Shown here: one piece after another, positions 48,471 to 59,038 of the stretch | Position numbering within the stretch: the first letter of the stretch is position 1 | How the letters are laid out: the number at the start of each line of letters is the position of its first letter | Assembly: GCF_035084215.1 (NCBI RefSeq) | Contig: NW_027139453.1 | Location: forward strand, 8,680,001 to 8,744,000 | DNA: 64,000 nt | From: Heptranchias perlo | Taxonomy: Eukaryota | Direction: 5' to 3' | Notes under the pieces: model-generated | The model's input: only the letters and a program-made list of their open reading frames with translations | Told to the model about the DNA's origin: nothing | Database searches by the model: none | Program-made: the position numbers and the translations under genes

Positions 48471-51400
48471 GATTAAAAATGTGGTCTGTCTCACGCTGAC
48501 CTTCAGCCCAACCGAGCCCATTCCCAGAACTATTGACCTGCAAGGAGTGGTTGCAGATTTCAATGTTTCTGATGACGCGGATAATGTGGTTCTGTGGTGA
48601 ACCCAGTCGGAATTACATGCACAATGGGGATGAGAACAGAAACAGGTCCTGCAAGAACATCAAGATCCCAACAGTCCAAGTCCCATTGCTGCTGCTGTGT
48701 TGGACTTGACACAGAATGGCTGTAGGGAAGATAGTGTGCGCTACATTGATAACAGGGATAAAAGTAAAACGATATATTCCTTACACCCAATTTGAGCGAG
48801 GCGCCCAGACATAATAAATGTATTGGTACAGGGACAAAGTGTTTGACTATTCGAGATGTGGAATGTGACTTGACACTTTGGGCTGCTTGACAGATCATCA
48901 GTGAGTTCAATCTGGAATGAACCTGCTGAGTAACCCGGATCGGGTCGGAGGCTGGTGACTGCACCCTGTGGATTATCAGGGATGAAATGGAACTTCGGCG
49001 GAGCGGAATTCCAGGCGGCAGCACATCGGCCGTCCGTTTTGCACCTCGTTACTTCAATGGAAAGGAGAATTGAGTAGGATGTATAATAGGCAGCCGATCC
49101 ACTACCGCCTGTGTTGTGTCCTGGTCAAAGTTGATTTTTTTCCCCCATTGTTTCTGAGTTGCTTTCATCAGGATTTTCTGTATTTCCATGTTTAGAATCT
49201 GTTCCTTTAGTAACTGTAGGGCTGATACAACTGGTCTAGTAGCGGGGTGGGGAAATCTCGGGCTCACAGGCGGGATTGTTCTGTCTCCAGTCGGTTTTAA
49301 TTAGTGAGGAGAAAATAAAGCGCTGCCACCTTGTGGTTTATAGATCGGCTCTCCCTGAGAGTGGCGCTCATCGCTGGGAGCGCCCATTCGTGGAATCAAC
49401 CCTGACATCAACAGCACTTGCAGAATGAAATTGTTCGATCACAAGCTGTTCTCAGACAGACTGTCCACACAATCGCCGAGTCTCCCATCGCACACTATTT
49501 CCCCCGATAATTACAGAATTCAATGCTCCCTGGAAAAAAAAAAACTGGGGGTGAAATTGGTCTTCGGCAGTAGTGGAAAAAGAGCGAATGTGGCAAATGA
49601 GCGATTGTGGAAAATGAGTTGTAACCACGTGTTGTATTGAATAGAGCAGAATAAGGAAAATAGGTTAAGAATACAAAAATCAGTATTAATGTCTTATGAG
49701 AATGTATTCTGTGTGATAGAGGTTACATATGATTTAGATTAGGTCGTTAGGATTCCACGGGGGGAGGTGTCAGGTTAATGCAATTTAATGAAGCATCAAA
49801 GGTTTTGTGTAAACATTATTGCTAGTTTGGAGACAACGTGTCTTACTTTCAGCTGTTATCATTCTATTAAAGTGTGATGTTTTTAACCATACAAAATTTT
49901 CTCATCTTCTCCATCAACAAAACACACATTCAAGTCAGAGCTTGTTCTGGTGAGAGACACGGAAAGGGTTCATTATTGTTCCTCTTAAATCACTGTTGCA
50001 CTATACTTAAAGAAACAAACTGAGTGGGAATGACACTAGTTGGTGTTAAACACAACGACAGCCGTGCATTGAAGGAATTAACACCAAAATGCGAATTTCT
50101 GCAAAAAAATGTGTTAACATTTGATTATTTCGCTGTAACGCTTACAGAGAAGGAGAGAGCAGGCATTCGGAGGAAAAGGCAAAGTAGTCATTTTTTGCAA
50201 AGAATATAATTCTAGATTCTATTAAAAATTTCAGCGTGAAATTGGACTCAATCTGAATGTAGTTCTGATCTTGGATTTGGTTTATCTCTCCATGACTCAT
50301 ATTTTTCTTTAATCTGAAACAATACCTGTATTTGTAACAATAACAGAGCAGGACAGTGCTGCGGGACCCTGTCCAGTTTGGTAACACAGCGGAAGGAGTC
50401 AGAGTACATTGTGTTTTATTACAGGATCCAGCAGGTCACTGGGAATGTTACACATGATACAGATACAGGAGCAGAAAGGTGCAAAATGACTTCACACTTT
50501 AATTTGGTTCAATACATTTTTATCTGTAAAAGGTTTAATCGTGTACTTAATTGAATGCGTTCTTTTTCCAAATGAAACTTCAGGTACAAACCATTGCATT
50601 ATAAAGAAAACAATCATTTATTTGTATTAATGCACTAGAAGAATTGACATTACAATTTAAAGAACATCTTAGGTTTATGTTCGATTTAAAATTGCTTCAC
50701 TAACAATAAAAAAAACACATTCTGAATTCCCAAAATGCATAACCGTTTGGAAATGAAAAGTTATGGAGAGATATTGGCTCAAGCTTGCCGGGAAGTTTCT
50801 GGGTATTTTGATGGATACCGTTGTAATGTAACCAGGTCATCTGCTCCACAGGCAATCTGTAAACTGGCATCGAGGCATCAAGCTGGGAGGCAGTGAGCAG
50901 TCATGATGATTCCAGGTGAGGTGGTGCTGCAAGGAAGCAAAAGGTGAGGTTGGAATAGCCGTAGTGGATCCGTGTCTCTCCCCAATCAACTTCTGCCCAG
51001 CTTTTAAAGATCTTTTTAACACAGAACCACACCTTTTGGACGGTGACTTGTCAACAATAGTTTTCTACAAATACAACCCACGATTGATTGGCACTTCACT
51101 TGTTTACTCTCAATGTCCACAATGTAACCAAGTTAAGTCGGCAGGTGTTCAAACGACCTCTCGCCCTCCTAGACTCGTTCTTCTTGCTATGGTGATTTAT
51201 CCTCTGTTGTGTTATCTTTTACAATGTGTCATCAACAGTCTTTTTAAAAGTCCTTCCACCTTTTAAGATTCCTTTTCCTTCAGTCATGCTGAAGCCGATT
51301 TACCAACAGGCTTTCATTGATCAGGTGAACTTTTACCACACAGAAAAGCTGTGAAACTCCTGCAGTAAGTAATGGTCAGGGTCAGGTATGCAAGACTGAG

Positions 51401-51569
51401 TGACTTTATTGTTCAGCTTCCAGGCATCACCTTAAGAACTGCCAAATTAAATCCACAGGAGTGTTACCCCTGAACAAATATGAACTGTCTGGCCTGCTTC
51501 ACCAGCTGCTTTTCTGCGAGTCAGCACTCTCTCACACTCCGGGCTGATCATACACTTTATTTGGTTATT

Positions 51570-53070
51570 TAATGCTTTCTGTGTTCTATTTTCACTCCTG
51601 CCTCTACAATCCTGTCACTTTATATGATTGTCTGTCTTTCACTGTATCTGTTCTCTGTGTATATCGTCTATCTCACATATTCTGTGTGTTTTTCTATCTT
51701 GATATTACCACTTCTACTTTAATTTCTGTCTTTCTGTCGCTGTTTACGTCAATACCTTTTTCTATCTGTTAGTTTTGGCTTTTTCTTGATGCCCCTCACC
51801 CCCTGTCTCTATGTCGCTGCATGTCTTCTCTCTCTGCCTTATCTCTCTTTTTTCATATCTGCCTCCTGCCCCTTTCGCTTGTTGTATCTCTCACCCTCTG
51901 ACTTCACCCGTCATTTTGTCTTTCCACGTCGGTCTCCATAGCCTTCACTTTCTTTCTGTTTTCCTGTCTTTGTTTCTCTCGGTGTATCTACTTTCCCCTT
52001 TCTTTCTCTCTATCTAATTCTTTCTCTTTCCCCTTTCATCCGCCTTTGATTCGTTCTGTTTATTTTCCACTCTCTCCAGCTCAGTTTCTGTCTACTTCTT
52101 ACTTCCTGCTGCTGGTTGACTTTTCGATCTCTTCTTTGCATCGGTTTCTGTATTTCATTCCATTTCTTTCCATCTTAGCATTTCTCCCCTTCGCTCCCGC
52201 TTTCTATTTTTCTCCTTGATTTCTATTTCTCTTACTCTCTTTCTCTTATTGTCTTTTTATGTCTGACACTCTTCCGTTCCACCCTTCTGTCGCTAGATAT
52301 TTTTTATTGATTTCTTCTGTCTATGTACCTCCCCGCTTCTATCAATTTTTAATTCTTTATCAGTGTCTTTCTCTCGTTCCATCCATGACTGCGTTCTCTC
52401 TTTGTCTCTCGCTCTATCGCCCTATCTATGTATATCTATGAATTTTATTTTTTTCTGTCTTTAATTTTCTCTCCTGTCTTATTAAATCCCTTCATGTTTC
52501 TCCGTCACTGAGCAACTCTGTCTCTGCCCCTCTTTGTTTTTATCTCTGAATCACAAACAAACTCCGTCCCTTTCATGTGAATCTGTATTGATTTTGGGTG
52601 TTTTTAATCGTTACATTTCTTTACTCCATTTGTTCTCTCTCCTTGTCTTTCTTTCTATTTTAATTTTTGCCTCTCTCCACATCACTTTTTTTCTCTCGCC
52701 CACCTTCTGCCTTCTCTCTGATTCTTCATTTCTTTCTTTTCCATTCTGTCTTTTTTCTGAATATCTGTGTTTGTTTCTCCGGCTATTTCTCTATCTCTCT
52801 TTGTGTCTCTCCAGTGGACTCTCATGTTTTTTTCTCAATCTTTACCTTTCTCCTCCTCAGTCACTGTCTATTATTTTGTATGTTCTTACCTCTTCCTTTT
52901 TATCTCTCTCTTCCCTGTTCTCTCTCCCTCTATCTCTAGGTCTCTTTCTGACTTTGACTCCGACATTCTCTCACTCTCTCTTTATGTCTCCTTGTGTAAC
53001 TGTGTCTCTTCCTTTCCATGCCTCTCTCCCTACCTTTGTTTTTCCTACAATCTCTCTCTCATAAACACAC
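51570..53070 (+). repeat. Long CT-rich low-complexity tract
   Basis: ~1.5 kb strongly pyrimidine-biased + strand. Confidence 0.85.
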
Positions 53071-53164
53071 ACAAGCACAGACACACTCGCTCACTCTCCA
53101 GAAGCAGCTGTGAATATCCTACAAGGGTAGTTTTACACAAGGTAGTTACAGGATTCTAGTAACA

Positions 53165-54025
53165 GACTTTAGGAGGACATAGACAGACTGCTGAAATCGG
53201 CAGACACGTAGCTGGTGATATTTAATGCAGAGACGTGCGAAGTTACGCATTTTGGTAGGATGAATGAGGAGATACAATATAAACTAAATGGTACAATTTT
53301 AAAGGGGGAGCAGGAACAGAGAGACCTGGGGTGTACGTACAAAAATCTTTGGAGGTGGCAGGACAGGTTGATAAGACTCATGAAAAAGCATGTGGCATCC
53401 TTGGCTTCATCAATAGAGACATAGAGTATAAAAGCAATGATTTAAGCTAAACCTTCATGATCACCGGTTAGGCCTGAACTGGAGTATTGTGTCCAATTCT
53501 GAGCACCACACTTTATGAAGGACGTCATGGTCTTCGAGAGGGTGCGAAAGAGAATGGTACCAAGGGTGAGGGACTTCCTTTATATGGAGAGACTGGAGAA
53601 GCTCGGATTGTTCTCCATAGAGCAGGGAAGGTTAAGGGGAGATTGAATACGTATAATCAATATTATGTGGGGTTCCGATATGGTTACGAGGGAGAAGCTG
53701 TCTCCACTTTCAGGAGAGTCGATAACCAATGGACACAGATATAAGATAATTAGCAAAAGACTGAGAGGAGAGATAAGGAGACATTTTTTAACAAAGCGAG
53801 TTGTTATGATCTTGAATAAACTCCCTGAAAAGGTGATGGAAGCAAGTTCAATAGTAACGATGAAAAGAGAATTGGATAAATACTTGAAGGGGAGTAAATT
53901 GCAGGGCTACGGGGAAAGAGCAGGGGCGTGGGATTAATTGGATAGCTTTTGCAAAGAGGCATGATGGGCCAAATGGCCTCCCTCTGTACTGTATGATCCT
54001 ACGACGCTATAATTCTATGATTCTA
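53165..54025 (+). mobile_element. Decayed CR1-like 3' fragment
   Basis: FNAETCEVTHFGR..EQRDLG; ends in a CTATGATTCTA-like tail. Confidence 0.75.
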
Positions 54026-54199
54026 ATTGGGTGATCACTACGAGTAAAATGTTGGACGGAGGGACATCAAGAACATTCATTTCCATAAGGCAAGTGAGAG
54101 GTATTGGTCGGAGGAAATTAAGAACTAGAGTTATAGATGGGGAATTCTTAAGAGGGGGATTATAAAATTGATTCTGCTTCAGAGATTTATGCGCTACCT

Positions 54200-54780
54200 G
54201 CAACTCTCCATTTCTCTGTTGGTCTCCGTCTCCGCCCCTCTGATTTTATCTCTCTCTCTTTCTCACACTCTGTTTTTCTCTCTCGGTTTGCCTCTTTCTT
54301 TTTCTCTCACCTCCCTCGCTATCCCTATTTATCTTGCTTTCTCGCTCTCACGACCTGCTCTCTCTTCGCCTGTTTGTCTCTTTTTCTGCTCTCTTTCTCT
54401 CTCTCACCCTCTCTTACACCCTCTATCTCTGACTTCGTTCCCCCGCCCACTTTTTGTGTCGAGTACTCCCTGTCTATTTCTCGCAACCTCTGTCTGCCTG
54501 TCTCTAGCTGTCTCAATCTCTGTTTCTCCCTCTTTCTTTCTCTCACTCTCCCTATCTCTCCTGGTTTTTTTCTTTCTCTTTAACTTTCCCTGCCTGTCTA
54601 TCTCTCCATCTGTCTTTCTATTTCTCTCAATCTCTCCCTGTCTCTCTCTCCCCCTCTGTCTCACTTTATCTCCATCTGACTGTATGCCTGTCTCTCGTTC
54701 TCGCTCTCTCCCACGTTCACTCTGTTGCCCTTTCTCCTTCTATGTCTCTCTCTCAACATCACCTCTCTCTCCGTTTATTT
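54200..54780 (+). repeat. CT-rich low-complexity tract
   Basis: Degenerate (CT)n/(CTGT)n. Confidence 0.85.
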
Positions 54781-55661
54781 ACTTGACAACATTGTTCAAT
54801 GAAAGGGAAATCCTGTTTGACAAATTTATTGGAGTTTTTTGAGGAGGTAACTAGCAGGGTAGATAAATGAGAAACGAGTGGATGTGGTATATTTAGATTT
54901 TCAAAAGGCATTCGATAAGGTGCCACATAAAAGGTTTAACAAAAGGTAAGGGCTCAAGGTTTGGGCGTAATATATTAGCAAGGATAAAGGATTGGTTAAA
55001 GAACAGAAAAGAGAAAGTAGGGATAGAATCATAGAATCACAGAAGTTTACAACATGGAAACAGGCCCTTCGGCCCAACATGTCCATGTCGCCCAATTTAT
55101 ACCACTAAGCTAGTCCCAATTTCCTGCACTTGGCCCATATCCCTCTATACCCATCTTACCCATGTTACTGTCCAAATGCTTTTTAAAAGACAAAATTGTA
55201 CCCGCCTCTACTACTGCCTCTGGCAGCTCGTTCCAGACAATCACCACTCTTTGAGTGAAAAAATTGCCCCTCTGGACCCTTTTGTATCTCTCCCCTCTCA
55301 CCTTAAATCTATGTCCCCTCGTTATAGTCTCCCCTACATTTGGGAAAAGATTTTGACTATCTACCTTATCTATGCCCCTCATTATTTTATAGACTTGTAT
55401 AAGATCACCCCTCAACCTCCTACTCTCCAGGGAAATAAGTCCCAGTCTATCTAACCTCTCCCTATAAGTCAAACCATCAAGTCCCGGCAGCATCCTAGTA
55501 AATCTTTTCTGCACTCTTTCTAGATTAATAACAACCTTTCTAGAATAGGGTGACCAGAACTGTACACAGTATTCCAAGTGTGGCCTAACTAATGTCTTGT
55601 ACAACTTCAATTGTAAACAATTTTACAACACCAAGTTATAGTCCAGCAATTTTATTTTAAA

Positions 55662-55700
55662 TTCACAAGCTTTCGGAGATTTTCTCCTTCCTCAGGCAAA
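55662..55700 (-). ncRNA. Minimal hammerhead motif (unit 1)
   Basis: UUUGC-CUGAGGA-A-GGAGA(AAA)UCUCC-GAAA-GCUU-GUGAA. Confidence 0.65.
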
Positions 55701-55953
55701 TGTTTCAAGATCTCCTTGAAGCCTACGCATTTATACATATTGAACAATAAAACATGGTGTTTACAGACTGCCCCTGCAACTGCCCGTTGCCAAGGCAATC
55801 ACCGTGTTCAGACAGAGAGGTGTTACCTGCAGAACCTCCGAATACACATTCAACAAAAAAACAAACAGGGAAAAAAAACAGAGAAAAAAAAAAAACACAG
55901 AGAGAGGCAGAAACATCCGGAAGGCAGAGAGAGCCAGCAAATGACCCATTATA

Positions 55954-58698
55954 TTAAAAACAGATAACATTTGTTCGCTGGTGGGGTAACGTGTAGCGTG
56001 ACATGAACCCAAGATCCCGGTTGAGGCCGTCCTCATGGGTGCGGAACTTGGCTATCAATTTCTGCTCGACAATTTTGCGTTGTCGTGTGTCTCGAAGGCC
56101 GCCTTGGAGTACGCTTACCCGAAGGTCGGTGGATGAATGTCCATGACTGCTGAAGTGTTCCCCGACTGGGAGGGAACCCTCCTGTTTGGCGATTGTTGCG
56201 CGGTGTCCGTTCATCCGTTGTCGCAGCGTCTGCATGGTCTCGCCAATGTACCATGCTCTGGGGCATCCTTTCCTGCAACGTATGAGGTAGACAACGTTGG
56301 CTGAGTCACAGGAGTATGAACCATGCACCTGGTGGGTGGTGTCATCTCGTGTGATGGTGGTATCTGTGTCGATGATCTGGCATGTCTTGCAGAGGTTACC
56401 GTGGCAGGGTTGTGTGGCGTCGTGGACGCTGTTCTCTTGAAAGCTAGGTAGTTTGCTGCGAACGATGGTCTGTTTGAGGTTGGGTGGCTGTTTAAAGGCG
56501 AGTAGTGGAGGTGTGGGGATGGCCATAGCGAGGTGTTTGTCCTCATTGATGACATGTTGAAGGCTGCGGAGAACATGGCGTAGTTTCTCCGCTCCGGGGA
56601 AGTACTGGACGACAAAGGGTACTCTGTTGGTTGCGTCCCGTGTTAGTCTCCTGAGGAGGTCTATGCGATTTTTTGCTGTGGCCCGTCGGAACTGTCGATC
56701 GATGAGTCGAGCGTCATATCCCGTTCTTACTAGGGCGTCTTTCAGCGTCTGTAGTTGTCCATCGCGTTCCTCCTCGTCTGAGCAGACCCTGTGTATTCGC
56801 AGGGCCTGTCCATAGGGGATGGCCTCTTTGACGTGGTTAGGGTGGAAGCTGGAAAAGTGGAGCATCGTGAGGTTGTCCGTGGGCTTGCGGTAGAGTGAGG
56901 TGCTGAGGTGCCCGTCTTTGATGGAGATTCGTGTGTCCAAGAAAGAAACTGATTCTGAGGAGTAGTCCATGGTGAGCTTGATGGTGGGATGGAACTTGTT
57001 GATGTTATCGTGTAGTCTCTTTAGTGATTCCTTGCCGTGGGTCCATAGAAAGAAAATGTCGTCGATGTATCTGGTGTATAGTGTTGGTTGGAGGTCTTGT
57101 GCAGTGAAGAAGTCCTGCTCGAACTTGTGCATGAAAATGTTGGCGTATTGGGGTGCGAATTTGGTCCCCATGGCTGTTCCGTGTGTTTGGGTAAAGAACT
57201 GGTTATCGAAGGTGAAGACATTGTGATCCAGGATGAAGCGGATGAGTTGTAGGATGGCTTCCGGAGATTGGCTGTTGTTGGTGTTGAGTATTGATGCTGT
57301 CGCAGCGATGCCGTCATCGTGGGGGATACTGGTGTATAGTGCCGAGACGTCCATCGTGGTGAGAAGTGTTCCTGGTTCAACTGGTCCGTGGGTACTGAGT
57401 TTTTGTAGGAAGTCTGTAGTGTCACGACAGAAGCTGGGGGTTCCCTGTACGATGGGTTTCAGGATGCCCTCGATGTATCCAGAGAGGTTCTCACACAGGG
57501 TTCCGTTGCCTGATACGATGGGACGTCCGGGTGTGTTGGCTTTGTGTATCTTTGGGAGGCAGTAGAAGTCTCCCACGCGGGGAGTACGTGGGATGAGAAT
57601 GCGTAGGATGCTTTGAAGGTCTGGATCGAAGGTCTTGATCAGTTTGTTGAGCTGGTGGGTGTGTTCTTTGGTCGGATCTGCGGGTAACCGTCTGTAGTGT
57701 TCCTGGTTGTCCAGTTGTCGGTATGCTTCTTTGCAATAGTCTGTTCTGTTCTGTATGACGATGGCTCCTCCTTTGTCCGCTGGTTTGATGACGATGTTGC
57801 GGTTGGTCTTGAGAGCGTTGATGGCGTTGCGTTGTGCTCGGGTGACATTCTGGACTGTCTTCTGAGTGCGGCTGATGAATCTGGCATTGACGCATTTCCT
57901 GACAGCTTGAGCATACATGTCCAGCTGAGGGCAGCGACCCTCCGGAGGAGTCCAGTTTGACTCTTTCCTCTTCGGTTGCTGTACCGCGGATCCCTCTGTC
58001 TGCTGTTCCGGATCGTCGATTGTCTCATTGGGTTCGCTGCTGAAATCTTGGGGTTTGTGGTAGAATTCCCGGAGCCTCATTCTCCTGATGAATTCCTCTG
58101 TGTCCGCCGCGAGACTAGTGGGGTCCATTTTGGTAGTGGGGCAGAAATTGAGCCCTCGGCTGAGAACTTCGATTTCGTCTGGTTGAAGGGTGTGGTCGGA
58201 TAAATTGACAATAGACTTCCCTGTGGTTGCAACCGTGGTACCAGGGGAAGCTTGGTCGTTGCTGGTGGTGATGCCGAGTTTCTCAAGCTTCCTGCTCTTG
58301 GTTTTCATGTAGGCAGCGTAGTTCCGTTGCCTCGTCTGTTTGGCGGTATAACGTAGCTGGTCTGCTGTGTCCTGAGTACAGGTTGAGAGTATGGACTCTA
58401 TCTTGGTTTCGAGGTTGTGGCGTCTGCTGTAGAGTTGGTGTATGAGATGGTTGCGGAGTGTGCGAGAGGTACGGCGGCAGAGTCTCTCAGCGTAATCCGA
58501 GTTGTATGTGGACTTGAGTGGGTTCGTGATCTGGAGTCCTTTCGGGATCTTGTCTGCTTTCTTGCAGCTCTGTAAAAACTTGATGTCTGTGTCTAAATGC
58601 GCGATCTTCTTGGATATCCTTTCCACTGTGAGCCGGCAGTTTGTGGTGTCGATGGTAGTCATGATGTGGAGATGCCGGTGATGGACTGGGGTTGACAA
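55954..58698 (-). CDS. Penelope-like RT + GIY-YIG endonuclease, intact ORF (914 codons)
   Basis: GLNFCP, KPADKG, LPKIHK, RYIDD, Cys linker, VVYLIRC..WYIGET..RMNGH; first ATG at MTTIDTT. Confidence 0.93.
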   Translation of the reverse strand: MSTPVHHRHLHIMTTIDTTNCRLTVERISKKIAHLDTDIKFLQSCKKADKIPKGLQITNPLKSTYNSDYAERLCRRTSRTLRNHLIHQLYSRRHNLETKIESILSTCTQDTADQLRYTAKQTRQRNYAAYMKTKSRKLEKLGITTSNDQASPGTTVATTGKSIVNLSDHTLQPDEIEVLSRGLNFCPTTKMDPTSLAADTEEFIRRMRLREFYHKPQDFSSEPNETIDDPEQQTEGSAVQQPKRKESNWTPPEGRCPQLDMYAQAVRKCVNARFISRTQKTVQNVTRAQRNAINALKTNRNIVIKPADKGGAIVIQNRTDYCKEAYRQLDNQEHYRRLPADPTKEHTHQLNKLIKTFDPDLQSILRILIPRTPRVGDFYCLPKIHKANTPGRPIVSGNGTLCENLSGYIEGILKPIVQGTPSFCRDTTDFLQKLSTHGPVEPGTLLTTMDVSALYTSIPHDDGIAATASILNTNNSQSPEAILQLIRFILDHNVFTFDNQFFTQTHGTAMGTKFAPQYANIFMHKFEQDFFTAQDLQPTLYTRYIDDIFFLWTHGKESLKRLHDNINKFHPTIKLTMDYSSESVSFLDTRISIKDGHLSTSLYRKPTDNLTMLHFSSFHPNHVKEAIPYGQALRIHRVCSDEEERDGQLQTLKDALVRTGYDARLIDRQFRRATAKNRIDLLRRLTRDATNRVPFVVQYFPGAEKLRHVLRSLQHVINEDKHLAMAIPTPPLLAFKQPPNLKQTIVRSKLPSFQENSVHDATQPCHGNLCKTCQIIDTDTTITRDDTTHQVHGSYSCDSANVVYLIRCRKGCPRAWYIGETMQTLRQRMNGHRATIAKQEGSLPVGEHFSSHGHSSTDLRVSVLQGGLRDTRQRKIVEQKLIAKFRTHEDGLNRDLGFMSRYTLPHQRTNVICF

Positions 58699-58749
58699 TT
58701 GTAAACAATTTTACAACACCAAGTTATAGTCCAGCAATTTTATTTTAAA

Positions 58750-58788
58750 TTCACAAGCTTTCGGAGATTTTCTCCTTCCTCAGGCAAA
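58750..58788 (-). ncRNA. Minimal hammerhead motif (unit 2)
   Basis: Identical to 55662-55700. Confidence 0.65.
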
Positions 58789-59038
58789 TGTTTCAAGATC
58801 TCCTTGAAGCCTACGCATTTATACATATTGAACAATAAAACATGGTGTTTACAGACTGCCCCTGCAACTGCCCGTTGCCAAGGCAATCACCGTGTTCAGA
58901 CAGAGAGGTGTTACCTGCAGAACCTCCGAATACACATTCAACAAAAAAACAAACAGGGAAAAAAACAGAGAAAAAAAAAACACAGAGAGAGGCAGAAACA
59001 TCCGGAAGGCAGAGAGAGCCAGCAAATGACCCATTATA

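Noticed and set aside
50384-50415. CACAGCG and CATTGTG heptamer-like words as a D segment
   Set aside because: Wrong order for a D and no properly spaced nonamers
52534-54842. Long Leu/Ser/Phe-rich ORFs (176 aa, 224 aa) resembling membrane proteins
   Set aside because: Translation artefacts of CT-rich low-complexity DNA
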